Positions 39,373 through 51,483 of a stretch of DNA of 64,000 bases are shown piece after piece (the stretch's first letter is position 1; each line of letters opens with the position of its first letter). Both the position numbers and the translations under genes were made by a program. The notes under the pieces are model-generated. The model ran no database searches. It was not told where the DNA came from and saw only the letters and a list, made by a program, of their open reading frames with translations. The stretch spans positions 372,001-436,000 of the forward strand of contig JAQGDQ010000097.1 in NCBI GenBank assembly GCA_030141605.1. Reading direction: 5' to 3'. This DNA is from Tubiluchus corallicola (taxonomy: Eukaryota; Animalia; Priapulida).

Positions 39373-42300
39373 ATGGATATTGATGATATTTTCCAAAAAA
39401 TTGGTGAATGTGGCAAAGGACAAATGAAAATATATGCTGTGCTGTCGGCATATACTGCAATATTTACTGGCTTTCATTTGCTCCAGCTAGTTTATACAGG
39501 TGCTGTTCCTAAGCACATTGTCTGCAATTCTAGTTTTATAATTAATGGAGAGCACAAACCTCTTGGCGATACCATGAAAGTTGCTCAATCATCACTAAAT
39601 AAAGTCACCAACAATAATACTCAGTTAAATTCTTATTGTATGGACTACAGTAATCCTTCACATCCGCAGAGCTGTACAGCATTTATCTACAATGACAGTT
39701 TTACATCAATTGTTACACAAGTATGAATTTTTTTAATTTTTGATTTTTTATGTATGTTTTGTTTTAGTGTTGATTTGTTTCATGTAAAATGTTGTGTCTT
39801 AGTCTCATGTCACACAGAGCTGGAGATAATCTGTAAGGCGTAAAGTTGCCTTATGAAAAATGAACATATACTAACCTATGTCTATGTCAAACAGGTACAT
39901 GTAATCCATTTGCCATCTTTTAGCTACCACAGTTTGCCTGCCATAAGCCATCAGCCGTAGGCTCCTCGCAGGCTGTTTTAAGCGGTTCATAAGGCGCCTT
40001 GTGAAATGAATTCGGGCATTAATTTCATTGATCGTCGCTAACGTGGTAATTAGCATGTTTGTGGTTTTTACAGTTCACAGTTTATCTATATCATAACAGG
40101 ATTGTCTCATAAACGTTGAAAAGTACATTTTAAGCATGATGTTTCACTAATACTACAATTAGACACATGCATTGCCGAAATGGATTATGGCAAAACACCT
40201 TAATAGTTACATAGAGTGAGGAGAATACATGCTTTAAGGAAGATGGAAGACACCTTATGGATTATGGATTATCGCTTGCTCCTTTTGGCTTTCTATGTGT
40301 GACATGGGCCTTATAATGGTTTTAAGTTGTAACTTGCTGTGTAGTAGAAATTTAAGAAAACTTGCCACATCGACGCTTAGTTAACATTTGAGTCGAAAAT
40401 AAGTTGTATTTATATAATATATGAAAAATATAAGTTTACAATGATGGTATTATTATAATTTTCTTTCAGTGGGACCTTGTCTGTGATTCAGCATGGGAAG
40501 CAACAACAGTGCAGTCGCTGTTCATGCTGGGCGTAATGATCGGTTCGCCCATCTTTGGAAGCTTGTCCGACAAGATAGGACGTTTGAAATGTATTTATAT
40601 ATCTACTACTATGTTGATGCTCTTTGGCTTTGCAAGTTCGTTTGCATGGAATGTCATGTCTTATGGAGTCCTTCGACTCTTAGTTGGTGCAAGTTGTGCT
40701 GGACTAATATTAGCTGCATACTGCTTATGTATTGAGATTGTTGGACCTTCAAAACGACATATAACTGGAATACTAGGTTCTTTCGTGTTTGGTATGTGTA
40801 ATTTCCTCAAATTATGTGTTAAATAATACAATTTACTACGTTGATGTATGTTTGTGCACTGGACCACTTCTCTCTATGTCTCTCACTCTACCTCTCCCTC
40901 CCTTTCCACACCAATTTGTGTTTTTGTGGGACACATAGAGACAAATGCCTAATTTTCCATTGCCCCTTAGTAAGAACAGGCCTGCAAGCAACAAATGAGC
41001 GTAGCTATGACAAGTTTTTGATTAAAAGATATATACTGCTATCAAGACAAAAATGCTTGCTGTGCATTTGTAAATGTTGTTAAAGATTTGATTATTAAAG
41101 ATGTTATAAGTTAGATTGTTATAAATTAGATTAGAAATGCAGTTTTCATTACTTAATTATAGCTATATGCATGAAATTTGACTTATGAGTCACTATCTGT
41201 ATGTAATTTGTTCAGTATTATTTCTTATTAATTATCCATTCACATTTTTTAAATTATGCTTTATTTTCTTATTTAAATTATTTTGTTTAGTTCTTTGTAT
41301 TAACTTTGTAGTGGCAATATTAAAAGCATAAATGTGTATATTAGTAGAAATTTTTCCTGCAAATAGAGGGGCTGTATTATTATTGCTTATATTAGTATGC
41401 AATAAAGGAATTATTATTATTATTTTATTATTCCCTCCTTCTCCCTTGCTTTCATTTTGTTTCTCTTCATCCACTTTATTTTTGGTTTTCTACCTTCTGT
41501 GTGTGCTACGCTTTAGATATTTCAATTATCTAACAAGGCCGTGTATGAAGAACAATGAACATTGTAGGATTGTAAATATATGCTTCTATTTTCAGCTGTT
41601 GGTATACTAATTTTTACTCTGCTGGCATACTTTATAGCAAACTGGAGAATTTTATCCGTTGTTACAGCTTTAGCAGGTGGAGTTTATTTTATTTTTTGCC
41701 CGTAAGTAAATACAGTGTACCTTATTTTTCAAACTCTTAAAATAGATTCATCGTACTTTTTGACATACCACTTGTAAATGATATTTATCTCTTCACCCAC
41801 AGTTTATAACTTTAGAGTAATTAACTTATAAAAATGTAACTTACTAGTTAGTAAACGCCTATTGCAAAATACTCAAAATGCATACTTGTTGCAACTTTGC
41901 AGGTTGCAATGGGTGTAATATAAATATGCGTGGTTAATAGTAGACATGTACGTTGGAGAGGCTTTTCAGCATTCACTTAAGGTATAATGTGAAAAATTTC
42001 TTTATATGAGTGAATCTTAAAATGTAATTCATTAAAATGTTGGTTGCAAAGTAAATGCCTTTCATTTACTGTTTCAGTTTGCTTTTTGAAAGTCCACGGT
42101 GGTTGTTGATGCACGGCCGTGCGGCAGAAAGTGGGCATATCTTAGCAAAAATCGCACGCATGAACGGAGTGAAGTACCCAGAAAATGCGTCACTGAAACG
42201 GCCTACAGTCATACAAAAAGCATCTATGATGGATATATTCAGAAGTTCTATATTGCGCTATCGAAGTATGATCATGCTTTACTCATGGTATGAGTTATTG

Positions 42301-45300
42301 ATGTAATAATTATGTAATAGGCCAAGTTGAAAGCTCTTAAAATACTGTTAATTGTTAGTTATTTTGTTAGACTACAGTGCAGAAATGAAAATTGCTAGAT
42401 ATTGTTTTTCTACTTTTATCTAATCATTAGTTATCAATTGCTAACAGGAAAGTTACTGATAGGAAAGTTGGCCATTTTTCCAGTTTTGATATTAAACATA
42501 CCATGTTAAGACAGAATCACATTAAAGTCAGCTATTACTAATTTGTTTTCTTTCAAATTAGCAAAGTATAGACAGAAATTATCCAAAGACTCTGTCACGT
42601 TATAAGCCGGAAGTCTTGTTAGGTCCCACAAAAGGATATCAATCAGAAATTCGCTAGCAAAATTTGCTTTTAGACTTAGTTTATAAAGTACTGCAGAATT
42701 GAAAATTATTTGCACATAGATGTTGTGGTAATGTTTTGCTGACAGCACTTCCTTGAATTTTTGGATGCTGTGTTTTTTTTTCAAATTTTCGCACATAAAA
42801 TAGTTGTTTTCATGAGCGCGCTAGCTATCGTGAAATGAATGTTTAGTGCAAATTTAAACAAGATCAAGTCGTTTTAGTAAATGCATTATACTAAATGGAT
42901 GGTAATCCTCCAAGATTTGTCACATTAGGCATTTGATTTGATTTAGTTTTGATTTAACTCTTTATTTCGAACCAAGTTCATAGAATACATAACATACAAT
43001 AATTACAAGACATACAATAATTATAACTATAAAGCATTGAGAGGACATACGCCTAACTTTGGCTAACACAGATATCTTCACTGATATTGAGTCTCATTGT
43101 AGAGGTTTGGCCTTCATAAAAAGCTAGTTTCCAGTTCCAGGCACAATCATTTGCCTTTAGTAATAGGCCTTACTACTGAGTGTAAAACTACAATTATGAA
43201 TCTGATATAATCTCACTGTTATAGTCGCCATGATTAAACCTAACAGCGAAGCCCCAACTTTTGTAGGTTTGAAGTACTGTTATAGTCACAATGATTAAAT
43301 CTAACAGTGAAACACCTTTTGTAGGTTTGTAAATGGTGCTGTTTATTACGGCCTCACGTTTGCAGCAGGAGACCTAGGAAGCAATATTTATGCCAGTGAG
43401 TCACTGTCTGCAGTTGTCGAGATACCAGCTTATATTGTGGTTCTGGCAGTTGTAAACAGGTAAATGTCAGACTGTTGGTTTTACTGTTAGCAATTTGTTA
43501 TTTAACAGTAAGCATGTTTGCTGTTTTGTATGCTTTTTATTTCTCGAATTTCTACACACGACATTTTCAACGTGAGTGGTAGTAGAGTAGATACTCGCTT
43601 CGAGATTTCTCATTTAGCAATTCATTTTAACAATAACACTTTTGACATGCTTTTATTTAACGCGACAATAGCTAATTTTTTGTTTTAAACGGATGCCTAT
43701 TGTCTTGGTTTTGTTTGTTATTTGGGAGTATTTATACAGAATCTTTTACCTATACTAACTGAAATAATGTGTCTGTGTTGCTGTAAATGACTCCAAATGG
43801 GCTGTCCATACATTAACATAAAAAATCTGTTTGAAAACATTAAAAACAAAGTTGGACAGCCCTGACACCACTTACACATGCTTTTATATGTGTTTCAGAA
43901 TCGGAAGGAAAAAGCCGCTGTGTGCCTTCATGATTGTTGGCGGTTTAGGTTGTTTAACAATACTAGCTTTACCTCATGAAGGTCAGTTCATTTCTATTTC
44001 AAATAGTATTTCTTGTAGCTTTAACTCAGCAGTAAGTTTGTAATGCATTTTTATTTTTATGAGCCGCATGCATGCGACTGAGAGCACCCCCCTCCCCAAT
44101 TATAAAGCCAACTTCGCTCACGCCAAAATTTTTAGCAACACAAAATGTTCATATTTGCCTAGACATGTATATATTAATGGATCTTGTTATAATGCTAAAT
44201 TCACCTAATGCCAACTTTTTTGTAGGGCTAAAGTAGGTGGTATAAAGAAGTTTTACTGTACTTGGTAAAGTTGTTTTTTCTCACAAATGTAGCTATTGGA
44301 TGTTTTTCAACGATATTTTGTAGGATTATAGCATAAAACTTTTTGTATACAGATGAAATCTTATTACGCCATGCAAAACTTAGTAATTATATTTTTCTGT
44401 TAGATTGTTTATAGATTTGGAGTTGTAACAATATCACTGGACATTTTCTTGATTAATCAATATTAATTAAGCTTTGAGAAGCCATAGTATGAGGAATGTG
44501 GTATAGCAAATGATTTTGTAATATACAGTGTGTATGCTGCAAGATGTCTATGATAAGATAGCTGAATTAATGTAAGTTTTCGAAAATTCTGTCATTTCAG
44601 TTCACTTGTTTGGTCGTGTAGATATAGAGATGATACGAACAGTATGTGCTCTGATAGGAAAACTTGGAATTTCAGCATCTTTTAACATAATTTACATCCA
44701 TTCTGCCGAGCTATATCCAACTACAGTAAGGTAAGTCGTATTTGTAATTAAAGAGGAAGAAAAACGAGAAATTTTAAAGCATGTCCGAAAAAACATGAAA
44801 GCCTAAGGCATTACTAATCAGTTAGGTATAACTGTATACCAAGGGTTATGATTAAATAAAAATATGTTTAGACAAAAAGACTGTCAATACAAACTTGTAT
44901 TACTTACACTGGCCTGCTTAAAAGATACATTTTAGGCTGCCAGGCCATAGAAACTCATGCTTCATGCCTCACGCTTCATACTTCATACTTCATGCTTCAT
45001 GCTTCACGGCCCACTGGGCCATAGGGGCTCATGCTCTCACGCTTCACACACGAGTCTGCGTTGCGCATTCAAAATGGAATCATCTGACGAGGAAGATTTC
45101 TTGATTTTGTTGTGTCTCAGAAGAAGGAAGCGAAAGAGACGGAGAATATGGTGCCGGGAGCATTTTTTGCTCAGAGAATCCAGAGGAGAATTTCAGCGGA
45201 CATTTCAACACCTCGTGGACAATCCTGATGAAGAACTATTTCATAATTATACAAGGATGTCGTACAAGACTTACAGTACATTAAAGTCCCTCGTGCTAGG

Positions 45301-48300
45301 ACATCTGAAGCCACGCCATTCAAATTGGAGGAGGCCAATCGAAGCAGAACAAAAGCTCATCATAACTCTCAGGTGGTAATTACTAGTCAAAGTATGTTTG
45401 TCAGATAAGCATGCACTGACATGACCACATAAAAAAGTAGATCTAAACACCCCCCCCCCCCGATAAAAAAGAAAGGCCACACAAAAATTCCAAAATGTTT
45501 TTGAAGGGTAAAATTTAATTATTTTATGTTTTTCAGATATACTGACATGACCATATAATAAAAACAAAAACCGAAAAACGAAAGTGAAAAATTTGAAAAG
45601 GTTTAGGTCACAATGTCCCGTTCTAACTCTGATCGTGAAATGAATAGTCCTCAGGACCATGAGCAGTCAAAAAACGCTCTGATATCCAGTCTGCCCCCGG
45701 ACTCACGTCTCGAAAAAGTGAACATGTTCACTTCTAGCTTCACGCGTGAGTCGTGAAGCTTGAAGTGTGAGGCGTGAGCGGAGGTCTATGGCGCACCGCA
45801 AATAAGATTACGTTTGTTCATTTTTCCACTCACGCGTTTAGACGTGAAGTATGAACGTGAGGCATGAAGCGTGAGTTTCTATGGCCTGGCAGCCTAACTG
45901 AAAAATTAAGATTTTAGAATGTTCGCATCAACTGGTAAAACAGTACTGCCTCACTATTCTAGAGTGCATCAAAAATGCCACTGGCTTACCAAGAGACATT
46001 ATTAATCTTATTGACAAGTTAAATTAATTTTTACTTTCGCTTAGATGGTGAAGTGCGTGCAACAGTTGCTCTGATTATTTTTATAACTTTCTGTAGTACT
46101 ATTTAAACTTGCTTCAATTTCTTAATTAACGATTGACCGTTAAAATAGCTGCACCCAACTGTCAGTGCAGGAGTTTAAATCTGCAAGTTTTATACAGCAA
46201 TAATACTAAAACTCTCTGTGCAGTTCAACAGCATGTGAGACAAGCTTTGGCTTTTAGCTTTATGTAAAAATTCTGTTTTCTGTTTTTTAATCGCTTTTGC
46301 CTAGCTATGGTAGTTTTCTGTCTGAATGGATCAGTGTTGATAAGGGTAATATGCAATAACATGAGTTTTTTTTTGTGTGCCTGTTTTATGATAAAAGTTA
46401 CTATATTAAACTGTATGATATTTTCAGGAATGCTGGTATGGGTTTGTGTGCTGTAGGCTCAAGACTTGGTGGTGTACTTTGTCCATACGTAGGCCTCTTA
46501 GTAAGTCATATTTTACCTGCTTGTTATAAAGGTAGAATAGTGAACTTTACAGGAAAGACAAATCTCATATACAGTAGTCACCGCTTAATAGACTCAATCA
46601 CTTAATTGACTCAAAAAAGCCTGGAATGGGCTGCTTCTATTCAAATATACATAGAAACTATCTGTAATTGACTCAAATAACTTCGCTTAATTGACTCAAT
46701 ATTTTTCCTTCACGTGCTTAAAATAAGACATTTGTATGTGCCCAAACAGCCTTTCCTACTTTTGTGTCATCTTCACTCCCCTTTTGAGCATTATATACGT
46801 ATCATGTTAAGTACCGTTTTGTTTGTAAACAGGTACGTTTATCATGCGCTAATACGCTAGCGTGTAGTCTTGCTTTGAATCTGTTACCCGCTCGCCCACT
46901 GCAATTAACCTCGTTACTCAAAGAATTTCTGGAAGCTAAACGTTTAATAACTTGTCTAGCGGTTTCCTTTTGATGCTCTAGTTGCAAATCACACTTTCCA
47001 GGTTAATGAGTTAACAGTCAAAGATGCAGGTATAGTAATCAGCTAGTATTCCTTGTGACTTACAAGAGTAAACATCGTACAGCAAATAAGAGCAATGTAA
47101 GTGAGCAGATGATTCAGAACTGTTCATTACTTATTCACTTATATAAATTAATATTTTAAATTTTTTTCTAATTTTTAACTGCACAAAAGAATTTTGGCAT
47201 TACATCGTTTCTAAAATTCATTAAAAACCTTTGCAGTACATAGTAAGCTGATGACTCACACTTCTCTATACCTGTAATACTACACCCATCAGTTAACAGG
47301 TTCAATCGGTTAATTACACGTCGATCCCAAAGTGAGTCTATTAAGCGGCGACTACTGTACTTAATTCATTTAAAACAATATCGTACTGAAAGTTGTGTGT
47401 TATATACCATTGCAAGTTCATTGCATGAAGGTACATTTTCATTGCCAAACGTTAGTTTGTGCAGTATCATCAGTGTTTCTTCCTCTTATGTGAAGTTTTT
47501 TCAAAATGAAATGACTAAATGTTTGAAGTCATGCTAAAGCTATGGCTTCTACTACTGAAGTAATAGCAGCTGTAATCACGCAAATTTGAGTTACACAGCA
47601 TTATTGCAATTTAGGTTACAACAGTATGATGATAGCTACTATTGCTTCAAAGTTTCACTGTGGTGTAACAGATTTCACAAAAGTAACATTCAAGCTAAGT
47701 AAACAAGCAAGTTCTTCAAGTCTTGACACCTATGGTTACAGCTTATAGCTTTAACTCCTTAGCTGATTTAAGGCTTGGTTAAGTAGCACACTATGATTTT
47801 ATTTGTACTGCTATTATTTTTTAATTAATCTTTTCAGGGTAAATACATACCAAACAGCCAATTTATAGTGTTTGGTTTTCTATCGTTTACATCTGGGTTG
47901 TTGAACATGCTACTACCTGAAACTGTAAACACTACTCTGCCAGGTATGGTAATGTAATAAATTTATGGTAAATTTCTGTTAACAAAAGTATCTTTTAAGA
48001 AAGATATCCAAAAGTAATTACCATCTTTGTCACAAAATAGAAATTTGCTATCTCTAGCCTTACGTAATTTTTCAGGGTTGTTTTGTCCAATAATCTTACT
48101 GTTAGTGATAGTAGTAATACCAAAGTGTGATACATGCACTATGCTACTTGTAGCCTTGATAAAGGGAAAGTATCAAACACATTTGTACACTAGCAGTAGT
48201 CGAGATAGCAAATCTGCTATGACGTGACATTGGTTTGGGGATAGACTCGTTTCCCAGAAAAATTTTTTCCCAAACAGAAAACTTCGCAGCACACTTTCTT

Positions 48301-49473
48301 ACCAGAAAAATTTACTTCCCAGAACCACCAGAAAATAAAATTCACAGAAAATCTAATAATTCCTTTTTAAAGCACAGTTGGATGATGCGAAATGAAAAGT
48401 AGTTTATTTTAACTATGTGTAAGAAAGTAGATTTGTAACGTTAGAACGATTATATAGTGAATCATAGTGATCTTTGCATATATGCAATAGTGAGTAAACA
48501 CAGCGTGTGATTGGCTAAAAAGTGAAGCAATGTCGACCCTGGCAACTGATTAGTTGGGTGATTGCTTAGGAATCTCACTGTAGAAGCTCCTTTCTTTGTT
48601 ATGCCGAATTATTTCCTTGATTCAGGGACGACGTACATGCATATGACTGTGACTGTGAAAACATAAAAAACAATGTGTTGCAATGTGCAGGAAAAATATC
48701 AACAATGAGTTAAGTGCGCTAAAAATATGGCACATTGTGACAGTCTGGTATACGCGATACATTGTGCCATTTTCAATGATTCTGATAGTGCTCTTAGTTA
48801 AAGTGCTGTAAATTAGAAGTAGAGAGAGAAAGGTGGACAGATCTGGGGAGTACAGGGATAGAAAAAGGAGAGAAAAAGACTGGAGACAGGGTAGGGAGGG
48901 AGAGATTGGAAGAGAGGATAAGGAGGGAGAAAAGGAGAGGCAAGCAGAAAAAAAGGAAGGCTTTATCCTACTAAAATAGCCCATATTGCAACTAAAAACA
49001 CAACCACAATTTTTCTGGGAAATATTTTTTCCGTGAAAAGTTTTCTGGTAAGCACTTTTCTCGGAAACGTACCTAAACCATTGGTTTGATAACTGCAGCC
49101 TATACTGAAATATGCCGCTGTAAATAGGAAAGATGTTGAGTTGATTACAAAAATGGTTGCTTTGTCAACTTTTTTGTTTTTAAAGTCTAGCTGCACCAGC
49201 TAATATTCACAGTACTATTTGAAAATTATTTTTTAATCAGTTACATGACATCATTGAAAAATGACATTCATTATCTTTGCAGAAAGTATTCAAGATTTGG
49301 GAACGATTCAGAAAGGGACATATGAGCAAGTAAATCAGGAACTTGACAATCCTGCCAGAGTTCATATGATAGAAGAAGTCATAGCGATGGGTGAAAAGGA
49401 GTTAAGTAGTGAAAACGATGAAGACGATATTATCTATGACTCTAAATTGTCAGAAAGACAGCCCATTATTTGA
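39373..49473 (+). CDS. SLC22A15: SLC22 family organic cation/zwitterion transporter (SLC22A15-like), about 567 aa, 10 exons
   Basis: Exons 39373-39720, 40470-40791, 41596-41701, 42078-42287, 43325-43459, 43899-43981, 44601-44730, 46428-46500, 47838-47943, 49283-49473 (1704 nt in frame). Motifs [53 protein letters not shown]. The subfamily call is from recalled similarity. Confidence 0.88.
42506..42700 (-). mobile_element. LINE APE-endonuclease remnant
   Basis: [35 protein letters not shown] resembles IYRPP...II.GDFN of LINE endonucleases. Confidence 0.4.
43215..43329 (+). repeat. Tandem duplication (about 58 bp) of the branch point and acceptor of SLC22 intron 4
   Basis: ACTGTTATAGTC...ATGATTAAA.CTAACAG.GAA...TTTTGTAGGTTTG at 43215-43271 and 43276-43329. 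Confidence 0.85.
44935..45894 (+). mobile_element. Internally deleted PIF/Harbinger transposon
   Basis: Long near-perfect TIRs beginning GGCTGCCAGGCCATAGAAACTCA; flanks TTA/TAA. From 45074: [26 protein letters not shown]...FHNYTRMS...[15 protein letters not shown], a Harbinger transposase N-terminus; the DDE core is absent. Confidence 0.88.
46572..47357. mobile_element. pogo/Tigger-type non-autonomous DNA transposon
   Basis: 25-bp TIRs CAGTAGTC(A/G)CCGCTTAATAGACTCA with one mismatch; TA on both flanks. Confidence 0.88.
48238..49079. mobile_element. Non-autonomous Mutator (MULE)-like element
   Basis: Exact 9-bp duplication ATTGGTTTG at 48229-37 and 49080-88; imperfect TIRs GG..TAG...CGTTTCC.AGAAAA; subterminal TTCCCAGAA repeats inverted at the two ends. 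Confidence 0.75.
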
Positions 49474-51303
49474 TGCCTGTTGTTGACATAACTCTTTAGT
49501 GATGCAACGTAGAAAACATGTTTTAATCACAACTGTTTTGACTTACAGGTTGGCGCAGGTCTATGAAATTCTATATGACTTTACTACAGTATTTTGCATT
49601 TTATTGGCATAGCTATAATTGAAAAGAAAGTGCTATGCAATTATTTTCAGTTTTACAAAAAAAAATGTAAACTCAGATTGTTAAGTCTTTTCTCTGTAAA
49701 ATAATTTTCTAAGAGTGCTAGATTAGAACCACCTATGCACATGTGCCTAAACAATTCATTAACAGACTTTTATGTTGCAACTAATAATTATCTTTTATGC
49801 AAGCTTGCCAGCTCAAGTGCTGCTACCTCAGTCAAAGGTACAACCCATACGGGATTTTGTTAGTGTGCTTATGGCATTTCTTACTGGTACAGGTTGTCGT
49901 TTTATTTTGCATCAGTTTATATTAACTGCCATATTACTACCACGTGATTAATCTAAACAAAGGATAAATGGTACTCCAGCTCTTGTTAATTTATTTGTAA
50001 TTTAGTCACAATTGCTGCACAAAGCTATTTATTGCATATTATGTGGAAGTTTAAAATGTTGTGTTGCATCATCTATTGCTAAGAAAAATGAAACATAAGA
50101 AGGTGGTCTTTTGCATGGCATGTCACTGGGTACTCAAAAAGTATGGAATGTCTGGTTTCTTGGTGTGAGATAATCTTGTATATTTAAACTTGTAAAGAGC
50201 ACACTGTAGCATGAATGTGATAAGTGCAGTATAATAAATAATTCAGCCAGCATCATAACATGCACACTGCACATGCTGTGATGTGCGCACACACACAACT
50301 ATACTAAGCTGTGATGTAATATAGTAACTGGGGAAACCCTGCAACTTTAAAAAATAAGCAAACATCAGATGTTTGAAAGTAATTTATTGTTTTATTTTCT
50401 AACAAAAATATTATGTTGTTATAGAAATAATATTTTTTGTGTACAATGTGTAATATATGAAAAGTTTCAACTTTCGGTAATATTACCACTCTCTGTATTA
50501 TTTGAATGTACGCTACATGACAGGGGACCAGATACTATTGCTATTTTTTGATGAAAAATATAAAAAACTTTTATGTAGAATTTAGATTCACTGATCATTG
50601 CTTTATTTACATACAAATCCTTTTTCACTTTGATGGAAGTCCGGTGAACACAAGCTCTATTATCGAAAGAAAATTTTACTCATGTATGGCATCTGGTAAT
50701 GAAACAAAACTCTGTTTCATGATCAACTATCAAATAAAATGATCACTTTCAACAGTCAGTCCCGCACTACATTGAGCACGTCTGATGCTTAAAATGATAC
50801 AGTTCATTTTTGAACTGTAATAATAATTGTTGTGGAGTTTTGTTAGAGTCTACAGGCAGTCAGTAATGAGAATATGTGATAGTAAAATGCTGGAAAATAT
50901 CCAAACTAATTGTACGATACCAGGTTTAGTGTACTTCAAATAATTTATGCAGACTTTCGCACACCTAAATTATACACAATATTAAATTTTCATACTGTAT
51001 TGCAGTGAGAGAGAGGGGGGGGCTGAGACAGGCTTATCGAAGCTTGTGATCTGGCATGAGATTTAAATATGTACAAGATGTTAAAAAGTGATATCTTACT
51101 GCCATCTTGCAAAAATAGCAGAACTAATAAATACTTTTGGCACTCTGTAAGTTGGAATCAGGCATTTTATCACAGGACCTACCATTACGTTGATGATTGT
51201 AGGAGAACACAGAAATCCTCCAAGATGCAGAGGCCCCCTATAATAGCTATATAGAGATAATAGCTAGAGGCAGTAAAGTAGAATGAATCTCTTCCTGGCA
51301 AGC

Positions 51304-51372
51304 CACCCATTCATCTACAGCACTGTTTGCTGCTTCAAGTCACCCATTCATCTACAGCACTGTTTGCTGCTT
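51304..51372. repeat. Perfect 32-bp direct repeat downstream of the NUP54 stop
   Basis: CACCCATTCATCTACAGCACTGTTTGCTGCTT at 51304-35 and 51341-72. Confidence 0.9.
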
Positions 51373-51483
51373 AACTGTCATACACATTATGACCACTCAG
51401 TCGTCTCTACACCCTCCATGGTGGAGGCTTTACTTTTCAATATATACATATGACTATTAACAAATACTAAAGCACATTGTAAA

